A stretch of 44,656 bases of DNA from Octopus bimaculoides (Eukaryota): the NCBI RefSeq assembly GCF_001194135.2, contig NC_068981.1, forward strand, positions 195,754,955 to 195,799,610. Reading direction: 5' to 3'. Both the position numbers and the translations under genes were made by a program. Position 1 is the stretch's first letter; each line of letters opens with the position of its first letter. Positions 13,000 through 25,029 of this stretch are shown piece by piece. The notes beneath the pieces are model-generated. The model had not been told where the DNA came from. It did not search any database and saw only the letters and a program-made list of their open reading frames with translations.

Positions 13000-13384
13000 A
13001 GGCCCAGTCGTGGCTGTGTAGTAAGAAGCTTACTTCCTGACCACATGATTTCAGGTTCGGTCCCACAGCGTGGCACCTTGTGCGAATGTCTTCTACCATA
13101 ATCTCGGGCCTCTACCAAAGCCTTGTCAGTGGGTTTTGTAGAGAAACTGAAAGACGCTCGTCGTATACACATTTCTATATCTGTGTGAGTGTTTTTGCGT
13201 CTGTGTTTGTCCCCAAACACAGCTTGACAATTGCTGTTGGTATGTTTATGCCCCCGTAACTTACCGTTTCGGCAAAAGATGCCGATAGAATAAAATCTAA
13301 ATTTAAAAGTCCAGGGTTGAATCTATTCGACTAAAAACCTTTCATGACGGTGTCCCAGCATGGCCGCGGTCAAATGAGTCAAAC
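13000..13384 (+). mobile_element. SINE family A, full-length diverged copy
   Basis: Head GTGGCTGTGTAGTAAG...AGGTTCGGTCCC, body, short TG-rich linker, 3' half ending GACGGTGTCCCAGCATGGCCGCGGTCAAATGAGTCAAAC. Confidence 0.85.
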
Positions 13385-13849
13385 AGCTGNNNNNNNNNNN
13401 NNNNNNNNNNNNNNNNNNNNNNNNNNNNNNNNNNNNNNNNNNNNNNNNNNNNNNNNNNNNNNNNNNNNNNNNNNNNNNNNNNNNNNNNNNNNNNNNNNNN
13501 NNNNNNNNNNNNNNNNNNNNNNNNNNNNNNNNNNNNNNNNNNTATATATATGTATGTATGTATGTGTGTGTATGTATGTCATTTTTCAGTTTTATTTCAA
13601 GATTTCTTGCCAATAGAGGAAGAGCCGGTTTCTAACCTAGATCCAAGGCTCCTTCATTGGAATTTCAGCATCAACAACAGGGTATTTTTGTATGTATGTA
13701 TGTATGTATGTATGTATGTATGTATGTATGTATGTATGTATGCATATTTTGATTTTTGCATGTATTCTCATGCATAGAGTTGCATATCTAGACATGATCA
13801 TATATATTTAAATGATAAACTTCTGGTATGTATGAATACATGTATATAA

Positions 13850-13881
<32 letters not shown>

Positions 13882-13896
13882 TCAGGAACTATTATA

Positions 13897-14025
13897 CAAG
13901 GTGTCCACAAAATGTCTGGATACATGGGGATTAACACATACTTTAAGAAATTATTATTTCTTATATTTAATTGTATATGCTATGATTTTATTTACTCCAT
14001 GTACCCAGACCTTGTGGACACCCTG
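13897..14025. mobile_element. Tc1/mariner-type MITE with ~30-bp TIRs
   Basis: Left TA|CAAGGTGTCCACAAAATGTCTGGATACATGG; right CCATGTACCCAGACCTTGTGGACACCCTG|TGTA. Confidence 0.8.
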
Positions 14026-14940
14026 TGTATATAAATACATACATACATGTATGTGTGTGTGTGTGTTTGCGCGCGCCCATGTGCGTATGTGTTTGTATTA
14101 CTTACATACACACATACCTACATATACCTCTAATAAACAGTCTAAACTCCGATAAATGACATTTATCAGTTTAACACTTTTTCACACCCAAGTGGGAATG
14201 CAAAAGAATTAAAGAAAAAGCCAAAAAGATACTCTCAGAGAAAAGGGACAAGAAAACGGAGAGTATCGGAGAGAGAGGGGGGAGGGAGAAAGAGGGTGAG
14301 GAGGGAGAGGGTATATCAGAGAGAGACACAGAGAGAGTGTGTGTGTGTGTTACAAATACATGAACGGAAATAGGAGACTTTGAATGACCGAATCTATTAA
14401 GAATTTGACAGACAGCCGAGAGGTCAATGTTTATTATTCATTGGCCAATGCCACAAAGTGTCCGTGCGGACAGCGACGTATTCTCAATAGGCCAGTATTT
14501 GTTCAGCAACTGTTACAGCTCTTTGATGGCCAGTTGCAGCCTAGAATATACTGTATATGCATATATGTCTACGTATAAATACAAATATACATACATATGT
14601 ACATATATGTGTGTATGCACGCGGGTGTGTGTGTGTGTGTGTGTGAGTGTGTGTCAGTGTACAGTACACACATATATATATAAACAGCTAGGTGCAATAT
14701 AAAACCAAAAAAGTAAACTTTAATCGTAACTAATTGTCACTTAAGTTGCCGACGCTCCTCTATTGCAAGAAATAAGAGTTAAAAACTTTCGATGCTGTAT
14801 GAAACGCACAATATATATATATATATANNNNNNNNNNNNNNNNNNNNNNNNNNNNNNNNNNNNNNNNNNNNNNNNNNNNNNNNNNNNNNNNNNNNNNNNN
14901 NNNNNNNNNNNNNNNNNNNNNNNNNNNNNNNNNNNNNNNN

Positions 14941-15270
14941 TAAATAAGGATAAGATCGATATTTAAATAGCGATTTTATCAAGTGGCCAGCATGGGAATA
15001 AAAACCATCAAAGGTAATAATTATTTAAAATTATAATTTAGGGTATCTAAGAGATACCACCACGCTGGAAATAGCAGTCAAAGCTTGACTCTAAAACCAC
15101 AATAAATGTTCATATAGCACCAGGAGAGAAGACGAAGAGACAAAATAAACTAGCAAAAAATTACTGGATAATTCCAGATCCCGGATTTCTGGCTCAGAAA
15201 TGCTTTGCCTCATCAGTGGAATATACTCAGAAAAGCACAGTTTTTAGGCGGGCAATTCAAACTGGTCGTG
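14941..15270. repeat. Interspersed repeat family F (probably PLE-derived), copy 1, carrying a hammerhead-like motif
   Basis: 14941-15092 is about 95% identical by eye to 23337-23489; contains several short perfect hairpins and the motif at 15171-15222. Confidence 0.7.
15171..15222 (-). ncRNA. Type-I hammerhead ribozyme candidate
   Basis: Minus strand: AUUCCA-CUGAUGA-GGC(13 nt)GCC-A-GAAA-UCCGGGA-UC/UGGAAU. Stem I 6 bp, stem II 3 bp, quasi-palindromic stem III, AUC cleavage triplet; one extra A before G12. Confidence 0.55.
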
Positions 15271-16058
15271 TGCATGCGTGCATATATATGTATGTATGTA
15301 TACGTTCGTATATGTAAATATATCGTATGTTGTATATATATGTACTTGTAATTATGTGCTTTGTTGGACACCCTGCGGGACAAAACATAAGACCCGTCAA
15401 GAGGCGGAAGAAGTACTGTGTAGTCAACGGCAAATTCAACAAGTATCTTGTTACAGTGAAGTGCCTGTGTGCTCCATTGACCCGGAGAGCTATGCTTGGA
15501 GGGAGAAAAATCTTCAGGCAGTTCTTACCAAGCCAGAGAGGTTAAAGGGTATGAGACAGACAAAACCTTAACGACAATAAATCGAAGTGGTGTCAGCAGG
15601 GCGTGGATTTAATTATTGGCAGGACTTAATAAGTCATTTTCCTGGCTTTGAATTAGTAGGATGTCATGCAGGGGATCTTGAATACAAGACAATGGATGAG
15701 ACCCTAATATTCTTAGTTAGATGGAAACTGTGGGACCACATGGAACAGCGCCCTGTGACTCCTATAGTATACGCAACCGAAATCCCTGAAAATGGGCGTC
15801 CTAGTTGAGATGAGACGAGAAGCTTATCCAGTTTATTGCACAGAACCTGGATGTTTCTGGTTTGAGTGACTCAAACTTGTCGAAATCTTTAAAGAATTTT
15901 GTTTTTTTAATGTAGGATATAGATGTAAATTATAACGTTGAATGCGAACTTGTTATTCATTTATTCCAGAAAAATTGTTGCAATGAACAGCTGTGCTCGG
16001 ATCCACACCCAGTTCTTCCGAACCAAAACAGATTGAGGTCATTTCCTCAAGAATGGAA

Positions 16059-16272
16059 CACGTGGTGGTTACACACCTTGTGCGCATGCGCAGCGTCTTT
16101 GGTTACTATGGAAACAGAGTTGTCTGCAAACAGTCATGGAACGTGGTGGTTACACTCCTTAGTTACTATGGAAACAGAGTTTTTTGCTTATTACGCTAAC
16201 AGAACTTCCCGGTGATGTGTAAGATACTGGCTTCTGATTGGCTAAAAGACACTAAATTTTGCAAACTATAAA
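16059..16272 (+). promoter_or_regulatory. Cluster of transcription-factor motifs (2 RFX X-boxes, NRF1, CCAAT, E-box, TATA-like) inside a probable DNA-transposon relic
   Basis: GTTACTATGGAAAC at 16102-16115 and 16162-16175; TGCGCATGCGCA 16081-16092; CTGATTGGCT 16234-16243; TATAAA 16267-16272. Motif matches only. Confidence 0.35.
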
Positions 16273-16439
16273 GGCTAGTTACTTTTTAATTATATATTTA
16301 TCGGAAAAATTATTTTCATTTTCATAATTAGTATACCAAACTTAATCCATAAGCAAAATTTAAAAACAATTGGAACAAAATTGGAGATAGTGTTTCAAAC
16401 TGCAAAAATACCAGAAACTTTATCAGCAAAATCTTATAT

Positions 16440-16519
16440 GGACCTCAGGGGGCACGTGGACTCCCAAGGAACACATAGATCCACAAGGCCCACATGAACC
16501 CTGGTCGAGAACCTCTGGT
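16440..16519 (-). mobile_element. hAT/Charlie-like transposon terminus
   Basis: Reverse complement begins CAGAGGTTCTCGACCAGGGTTCATGTGGGCC, resembling CAG(G/T)GGTTCTCAACC hAT ends; partner TIR not clearly found. Confidence 0.4.
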
Positions 16520-16821
16520 GTTAAGCGTTGTACGTGAAAGTTGTAATTATATTCAAATCTAGAAATTAAGAAGAAACCATTTCTAATATCACAAGAAACG
16601 GAAAACTTATGAAATGAATTATTTCTTTGCGGCGAGCGAGAATTTTGTGATGTTTACGTCATAAGATGGATATGAAAAAGATCGTAAACAAACGATTTGT
16701 TTCATATCTCTCGTGATTTTCAAATTCTTATCATGTTCACAAACACACAACTAGAGATAAAAACTTCAGGATACAGTTTCACACTCCCTGGTTCGAGTCA
16801 GCGAGGTGGGATCATGCTGAT

Positions 16822-16869
<48 letters not shown>

Positions 16870-16975
16870 TATTAATGACTTCTTAGATTCGTTTAATATC
16901 TAATATCACAAACACGTGATCTGTAAAAATTATGACACTGAATATAATTGATATATATTTTACAGACGCTACAAT

Positions 16976-17091
16976 ATCCTTTCCACACTAGGCACGAGGC
17001 CTGAAATCTTATGGGAAGGAGAATAAAGACGGAGAAAATGCCGCTAAGCATTTTGTCCGGTGTGCTAATGAGTTTGCTATCTCACTGCCTT
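16976..17091 (-). mobile_element. SINE family C, internally deleted copy
   Basis: Reverse complement of the head (AAGGCAGTGAGATAGCAAACTCATTAGCACACCGGACAAAATGCTTAGCGGC) fused directly to the tail type seen at 29801-29976. Confidence 0.7.
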
Positions 17092-17177
17092 GACTGGATC
17101 TGTAATATGGAAACAAATTCGATCTAAGGAGCGGTTGAACTCGAAAGATTATGCATCTGTTCTCTGTCATTGTTTTC

Positions 17178-17379
17178 TTGTTTCAGTCATTAGACTGCGG
17201 CCATGCTGGGGCAACGCCTTGAATTTTTTAGTCGAATGAATCGACCCTAGTACTTTCTTTTTAAGCCTGGTACTTAGTCTATCGGTCTCTTTTGCCGATC
17301 TGCTAAGTTACGGGGAGGTAAACATAGCAACATCGGTTGTCAAGCGGTAATGGCGAGGGGGACAAACACAGACACATGG

Positions 17380-17422
<43 letters not shown>
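17178..17422 (-). mobile_element. SINE family A, 3' half, with the internal microsatellite leading into a gap
   Basis: GTTTCAGTCATTAGACTGCGGCCATGCTGGGGC...GCTAAGTTACGGGGA...GGTTGTCAAGCG...GGACAAACACAGACAC, then (CA)n(TA)n and N. Confidence 0.85.
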
Positions 17423-18380
17423 NNNNNNNNNNNNNNNNNNNNNNNNNNNNNNNNNNNNNNNNNNNNNNNNNNNNNNNNNNNNNNNNNNNNNNNNNNNNNN
17501 NNNNNNNNNNNNNNNNNNNNNNNNNNNNNNNNNNNNNNNNNNNNNNNNNNNNNNNNNNNNNNNNNNNNNNNNNNNNNNNNNNNNNNNNNNNNNNNNNNNN
17601 NNNNNNNNNNNNNNNNNNNNNNNNNNNNNNNNNNNNNNNNNNNNNNNNNNNNNNNNNNNNNNNNNNNNNNNNNNNNNNNNNNNNNNNNNNNNNNNNNNNN
17701 NNNNNNNNNNNNNNNNNNNNNNNNNNNNNNNNNNNNNNNNNNNNNNNNNNNNNNNNNNNNNNNNNNNNNNNNNNNNNNNNNNNNNNNNNNNNNNNNNNNN
17801 NNNNNNNNNNNNNNNNNNNNNNNNNNNNNNNNNNNNNNNNNNNNNNNNNNNNNNNNNNNNNNNNNNNNNNNNNNNNNNNNNNNNNNNNNNNNNNNNNNNN
17901 NNNNNNNNNNNNNNNNNNNNNNNNNNNNNNNNNNNNNNNNNNNNNNNNNNNNNNNNNNNNNNNNNNNNNNNNNNNNNNNNNNNNNNNNNNNNNNNNNNNN
18001 NNNNNNNNNNNNNNNNNNNNNNNNNNNNNNNNNNNNNNNNNNNNNCTTTATCTATATTATTTTTAATGCTTGTCACTTTTTTCGTTGAAATCAAGAATAT
18101 ACTAAACATGTTAATTAGTTTTCATAGCCTTTTGACATAATATTTGCTAATGCCCCGCTAATTAGAAAAAAAAAAAAAAAAGAAAACACAAAAATTCAAA
18201 TATATATTATTAAAAAAAAACATATATTAAACATATTTTCTTTGAATTTATGAAATTTACAAACTAGGAAAAAAACAACAACATCAACAAATAACCTGAA
18301 ACCAATAGCAACATCGGCATTATCATCATCAGTAACAATATGGTAAAACATTGAAGGTTGACAACAACAATAAAAATATT

Positions 18381-18401
18381 AATAACAACAACAACAACAA
18401 C

Positions 18402-18448
<47 letters not shown>

Positions 18449-18450
18449 TG

Positions 18451-18504
<54 letters not shown>

Positions 18505-18540
18505 TTAATGATAATAATAATGATAATGATAATAATAATG

Positions 18541-18581
<41 letters not shown>
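18381..18581. repeat. (AAC)n/(AAT)n microsatellite
   Basis: Direct reading. Confidence 0.95.
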
Positions 18582-18582
<1 letters not shown>

Positions 18583-18708
18583 TGAGAAATATGTGTTCGC
18601 TTATGTTTTTTCATTGGAATAGTTTCTTTCGCCAATTAAAAAACGAAATTTTTTTTCTCTTTAAACTGTAAACTGAAAATATTTAAACTACCAAACAAAA
18701 ACATATGG

Positions 18709-18730
18709 ATCATCATCATCATCATCATCG

Positions 18731-18777
<47 letters not shown>

Positions 18778-18778
18778 G

Positions 18779-18813
<35 letters not shown>

Positions 18814-18817
18814 GTCG

Positions 18818-18852
<35 letters not shown>

Positions 18853-18865
18853 GTCATCATCATCG

Positions 18866-18945
<80 letters not shown>

Positions 18946-18946
18946 G

Positions 18947-19011
<65 letters not shown>

Positions 19012-19039
19012 GTCATCATCATCATATTCATCATCATCG

Positions 19040-19076
<37 letters not shown>

Positions 19077-19100
19077 AATCATCATCATCATCATCACCAT
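18709..19100. repeat. ~390-bp (CAT)n microsatellite with CGT interruptions
   Basis: Direct reading; source of the poly-H, poly-D and poly-M ORFs. Confidence 0.95.
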
Positions 19101-19240
19101 CGTCAACACGATCATCGTTCACGGAGCTAATTCAAATTATAAGTGGTTGAATGTGCTAACGCGGATGGGAAATATATAGGTTTATAATATATATTACAAT
19201 ATTATATACATGTGTACATATATATGCGTGTATATACATG

Positions 19241-19298
<58 letters not shown>

Positions 19299-19532
19299 CA
19301 AACAGCCATCGACTATGGTGGGTGTTACGTTCTAACCGCCCAACCCCTACCCCCGCGATAGGTGAAAATCCGCGAAGTAGAAACAGTCTTGTACTGCATA
19401 TATATATTTTTTGTTATTTTTATAATTTGTATATAATTATTTTATTATAAATGCAAAACAACACCATTGAGGAATCGAGGTAAGCTTAAATAAACCGCGA
19501 TAGACGAAGTGTAATATGGCGAAGGATTACTG
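19299..19532. mobile_element. pogo/Tigger-like MITE
   Basis: Right end ATATGGCGAAGGATTACTG|TA (reverse complement TA|CAGTAATCCTTCGCCATAT); degenerate left end TA|CAAACAGCCATCGACTATGG; internal CCCCCGCGATAGGTGAAAATCCGCG. Confidence 0.55.
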
Positions 19533-19970
19533 TATTATATATATNNNNNNNNNNNNNNNNNNNNNNNNNNNNNNNNNNNNNNNNNNNNNNNNNNNNNNNN
19601 NNNNNNNNNNNNNNNNNNNNNNNNNNNNNNNNNNNNNNNNNNNNNNNNNNNNNNNNNNNNNNNNNNNNNNNNNNNNNNNNNNNNNNNNNNNNNNNNNNNN
19701 NNNNNNNNNNNNNNNNNNNNNNNNNNNNNNNNNNNNNNNNNNNNNNNNNNNNNNNNNNNNNNNNNNNNNNNNNNNNNNNNNNNNNNNNNNNNNNNNNNNN
19801 NNNNNNNNNNNNNNNNNNNNNNNNNNNNNNNNNNNNNNNNNNNNNNNNNNNNNNNNNNNNNNNNNNNNNNNNNTAAATTAAATTTTATGTTAAATATCTA
19901 GTGATATAATTACTATGATTTCATGTGTTGTATTTTGATATAAAATTTCCAAGGTGACGATGATGATAAC

Positions 19971-20105
19971 GAAGAAGAAGAAGAAGAAGAAGAAGAAGAA
20001 GAAGAAGAAGAAGAAGAAGAAGAAGAAGAAGAAGAAGAAGAAGAAGAAGAAGAAGAAGAACAACAACAACAACAACAACAACAACAAAAATAACAACAAC
20101 AACCA
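19971..20105. repeat. (GAA)n then (CAA)n microsatellite
   Basis: Direct reading. Confidence 0.95.
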
Positions 20106-20460
20106 TAAGCACAATAACCAGACTTAATTAGTTTAAAAATCTTCCGCCAAATATTGCTATCTTAGTCTGAAGATATTCCAGAATTATTATCACAGAACGA
20201 TTTTTGGAAATTTTATTATGACAGAAATGTTTGTTATTGTTTACTGTCGTTGCTGCTGTTAGATGTTATTGCTGTTGTCTTTTTTTTTCTGTTGGTGGTG
20301 TTATTGTTGTGCTATTATTATTATTACTGTTCTTGTTGTTGTCATTGTTGCTGCTGCTGCTGCCGTTATGTTGTTTGGGAAGTGTTTACTCGTACTTAGG
20401 TGTTTTATTTAGTGAGGCCGGTCTTTTCCTTTCTCCACATGACATTCACCAACGTATTAC

Positions 20461-20558
<98 letters not shown>

Positions 20559-20685
20559 TCTTATTGTTACTGTATTAATAGTTGTTATTGTCATTGCTTC
20601 TCCAGAAAAAATATTTCACCCCTACCATCACCGCCGTCCTTTACTCTCCTGTATTTGGTGACACATTACAGTTCATCATATTGGG

Positions 20686-20743
<58 letters not shown>

Positions 20744-21407
20744 AACTAGTAGTAGTAGAACTAGTAGTAGTAGAAGTAGTAGTAGTAGCAGTGGGGGGTG
20801 TTGATGTTGCTGGTGTTGGTTGTACCAGCCGTGGGGACATTTTCTCACCTACCTTGACGAACTTATGTCTGCTGACACAATTTACGCGGATCAGGAAGTA
20901 GTAGTAGTAGTAGTAGTAGTAGTTGCTCTTGTTTTTCAATATGTTTATTGTATAAGGTATAATGCAGGTAATTATAGAAAACATTGGATTAAAACACACG
21001 GCGTGGTGCGGTGAGGTTGTTCTACTGAAGGGGGGACTTTGGAGAGAGAAGGGGCGGCGGTGGAGGGGGGAATAGAGATAAAGAGAGAAGGAAAGGTTTT
21101 AAAGAAGGCACAAGCGGGAGAATGTTTATTGGACAAAAATAATGAAAGTCATTCCACCCCTCCACGTCCCTCCGCTACCCCCTTCCCACTTCGCCACCCC
21201 TCCAGCAAAGTTGGCACTAATTAACGGTGAAACAATCAAACCGTTTAGGCATGAGAGAACAGCAACAAATAACAATATACACACTGACATCGGTGGTGTT
21301 GGTGGTGATGATGATGATGCTGATGATGGTGATGGTGATGATGATGATGGTGGTGATGATGAGTGTGATGTTGGTCTTGTTGTTGGTGGTGGTGGTGAGC
21401 GGATGGC

Positions 21408-21466
<59 letters not shown>

Positions 21467-21476
21467 TGTGTGCATG

Positions 21477-21515
<39 letters not shown>

Positions 21516-21543
21516 AATATATGTATGTATGTATATATATATA

Positions 21544-21574
<31 letters not shown>

Positions 21575-21595
21575 GCATATATATATGTATGTATG

Positions 21596-21638
<43 letters not shown>

Positions 21639-21805
21639 CTGTCTGTCTGTGTGTGTGTGTGTGTGTGCGTGTGTGCGCGCATGTGTATGTATGTATATAT
21701 ATATTGTTGGAATTTACAAAAACAAAACATACAAAACAAAAAACGAAGATGGATGTGCAAACAACAAACAGATGTATTAGTTTAACGCTCGGTAAGCGAG
21801 AAAGT

Positions 21806-21841
21806 CTTTTACGTTTCGAGCCTACGCTCTTCCACAGAAAG
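21806..21841 (-). ncRNA. Minimal type-I hammerhead-like motif (A6 variant) in a PLE-like repeat
   Basis: Minus strand: CUUU-CUGUGGA-A-GAGC(GUAG)GCUC-GAAA-CG-UA/AAAG. Stems I and II pair perfectly, palindromic ACGU replaces stem III, core has U at position 6. Confidence 0.5.
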
Positions 21842-21915
21842 GAGCACAGAAAGAAACAGAGAGAAAATAAAAAAGAGAAAAAAAAAAAAAGGTTTAGTGA
21901 CTAGCGATCAATCAA

Positions 21916-21962
<47 letters not shown>

Positions 21963-22523
21963 ATATATATAATCCGTTATAAAACTGGTCATTAGTTTCT
22001 CTTAGACCTATGTCAATGCTGCACTTGCTCAACTTCAAATCCCTTTTACTTATCTGTCTATACAAGGCAATTCTCATTGCTGTCGTCCATGATAGCCCAT
22101 CGGCAAATCATTGGGAAATATGTCTTGTAAAGGTCTCAACTTAGAATTACTACACGTTTCAATCCAGCACCATTACTAACCTCGTTACATTTTCCTCTTC
22201 ATAAATAATATTCATTTCATTTTCTTACATGACGCCATTTTATCAACTACGTCTGTTTTCATTCTACTTTATTTTTATCTTTCCAGTTTTTATTCTGAAT
22301 TCCTCATCAGTTTTGTTTTGATTCCTTTACAGTTGATATATTTCAGTTTATAACGACGGTCAATTTTAATACAATCTATCTTTTCATTCAACAATACTTT
22401 TATCTTACAATTCTTTTATTCCGTATTCGTCCTCGCTTTTCTATTGATTTCCTCACAGTTGACGTTTTATTTCCTTGACGTCCTTCCATAAACTTCAGTT
22501 GCTGAAAACTTTCACTTTATACA

Positions 22524-22733
22524 CTCTTTTACTTGTTTCAGTCGTTTGACTGCGGCTATGCTGGAGCACCGCCTTTAGTCGAGCAAATCGATCCCTGGAC
22601 TTATTCTTTGTAAGCCTAGTACTTATTCTCTCGGTCTCTTTTTGCCGGACCGCTAAGTTACGGGGATGTAAACACACCAGCATCGGTTGTCAAGCGATGT
22701 TGGGGGGACAAACACAAACACACAAACACACAC
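22524..22733 (-). mobile_element. SINE family A, 3' half (well preserved), ending at a gap in the internal microsatellite
   Basis: ACTTGTTTCAGTCGTTTGACTGCGGCTATGCTGGAGCACCGCCTTTAG...GGGGGGACAAACACAAACACAC then N. Confidence 0.9.
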
Positions 22734-23336
22734 NNNNNNNNNNNNNNNNNNNNNNNNNNNNNNNNNNNNNNNNNNNNNNNNNNNNNNNNNNNNNNNNNNN
22801 NNNNNNNNNNNNNNNNNNNNNNNNNNNNNNNNNNNNNNNNNNNNNNNNNNNNNNNNNNNNNNNNNNNNNNNNNNNNNNNNNNNNNNNNNNNNNNNNNNNN
22901 NNNNNNNNNNNNNNNNNNNNNNNNNNNNNNNNNNNNNNNNNNNNNNNNNNNNNNNNNNNNNNNNNNNNNNNNNNNNNNNNNNNNNNNNNNNNNNNNNNNN
23001 NNNNNNNNNNNNNNNNNNNNNNNNNNNNNNNNNNNNNNNNNNNNNNNNNNNNNNNNNNNNNNNNNNNNNNNNNNNNNNNNNNNNNNNNNNNNNNNNNNNN
23101 NNNNNNNNNNNNNNNNNNNNNNNNNNNNNNNNNNNNNNNNNNNNNNNNNNNNNNNNNNNNNNNNNNNNNNNNNNNNNNNNNNNNNNNNNNNNNNNNNNNN
23201 NNNNNNNNNNNNNNNNNNNNNNNNNNNNNNNNNNNNNNNNNNNNNNNNNNNNNNNNNNNNNNNNNNNNNNNNNNNNNNNNNNNNNNNNNNNNNNNNNNNN
23301 NNNNNNNNNNNNNNNNNNNNNNNNNNNNNNNNNNNA

Positions 23337-23489
23337 TAAATAAGGATAAGATCGATATCTAAATAGCGATTTTATCAAGTGGCCAGCATGGGAATAAAAA
23401 CCAACAAAGGTAACAATTATTTAAAATTATATTTTAGGGTATCTAAGAGATACCACCACGCTGGAAATAGCAGTCAAACTTTGACTGTA
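23337..23489. repeat. Repeat family F, copy 2
   Basis: About 95% identity by eye to 14941-15092; also begins at a gap edge. Confidence 0.8.
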
Positions 23490-23546
23490 GTTTTAGAGTC
23501 AAGCTGTGGTGTGGTGGTGGTGGTGGTGGTGGTGACGACGACGATA

Positions 23547-23581
<35 letters not shown>

Positions 23582-24049
23582 AATGGTAATGGTGATGATG
23601 GTGGTGATGATGATGATGATGATGATGGTAATGGTGATGATGACGATGATGATCAAGAGTACCTTAATGGACTTCAGTAACGAAAGTTATACGTAGAAGA
23701 GGAAATAATGAGGATTATTGTAACAATGATAGCGTTAGCGATAATGATTACGATGACGACGAAAACAACAACATCAACAACAACACCTTCACCATCACCA
23801 CCAACAACACCATCACCACCACCAACAACAACAACAACAGCAACAGAAGAGTGACTACAATGTTCCAGAAGGATGAGCGACAAAGGAGATGGTAAAAGAA
23901 GCCACTAGCAAGGAGTATAAACGAACAAGATTTAGATGGCTCAGAGTTATCAGAATGAAGAATATAAACGGATTAGGAATAAGAGAAGGAATAAGAGATA
24001 CCGCGAAAAACTTAGCAGCATTCACAAGAATCAAGAATATATATATATG

Positions 24050-24081
<32 letters not shown>

Positions 24082-24438
24082 CATACATGTATGCATGTAT
24101 GTGTGTATGTATATTGGCTAAGGAAGAGAATGACCATGTCTTGCAGATGACGTAAGTTAGTATCACCGATAATAAGGAAATATTGCAATGTGGCGCTTAG
24201 TGTAATTCGCACAGAAATACGAGATTTTGGTTAGTTTTGTTTATCTGGTGCAGAATTAACGTAGAATGCATCGCAGTACTCGTTCTGGTTATCTGTAACC
24301 TGTGTTCAAACCATGCTATGACATTTAACTGATATTTCATACTTCTGGACTCAATAAACATAGTATTAAATTGAAAGGGGATAAAATCTCCCTCTTCCTT
24401 TTCTCTCTTTCTAGAATAGTTTCTCTCTCTTTTTCTCC

Positions 24439-24513
<75 letters not shown>

Positions 24514-24899
24514 ATGAAGAAATCGGCAATGGTCACAACTAGAAATGGATGGCATCCTTCAGTTCAAAAGTGCCCCGAACTCATCGTATTTCATGACGAT
24601 ACCCTTACAACTAGACTGGAAACTGAGGCCCAAATCAATGCATTTTAATTCATATCGTGGTTGGTGAACATTAGCGAGACATTCATTACTCACGTTGTAA
24701 TTACTGGTTGAAGCAAGTCACTGATTCATTGCATTTCTTTTGACAAGGGAGGGTTTATGCCTCCGATTTGAACAATTATCTCGAGGGATTTCGTTCGAAA
24801 TACAAATAATTGTTTTGATACAGTTCTATATTTAAGAGATGAGGAATTATTTACATTATTTATATTTGACAAATATTCGTCCTCATCTTGTTTGTTGTT

Positions 24900-24945
24900 A
24901 ACATAACGTTTCAGCTGATATACCCGCCAGCCTTCATCAGGTGTC
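24900..24945 (-). ncRNA. Minimal type-I hammerhead motif in the left (inverted) arm
   Basis: GACAC-CUGAUGA-A-GGCUG(10 nt)CAGCU-GAAA-CG-UU/AUGUU. Palindromic AACGUU; first stem-I pair mismatched and a G-U pair closing stem II. Confidence 0.65.
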
Positions 24946-25029
24946 TTGGGGGAATTTCAAACCCGGGTTCTCATTCCTAAGGTATTTTTTCGATGTCATT
25001 ATTATTATTATTCAGGTCAATGTCTATAT

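Noticed and set aside
14780-14815. GAAACGC preceded by TTCGATG as a hammerhead relic
   Set aside because: No recognisable CUGANGA or paired stems.
18264-19130. Poly-His, poly-Asp, poly-Met, poly-Asn and poly-Ile ORFs
   Set aside because: Stop-free frames of (CAT)n and (AAT)n microsatellites with no flanking coding context.
22280-22315. CUGAUGA on the minus strand (22304-22310) as a hammerhead
   Set aside because: No stem II adjacent to the core and no stem I partner.
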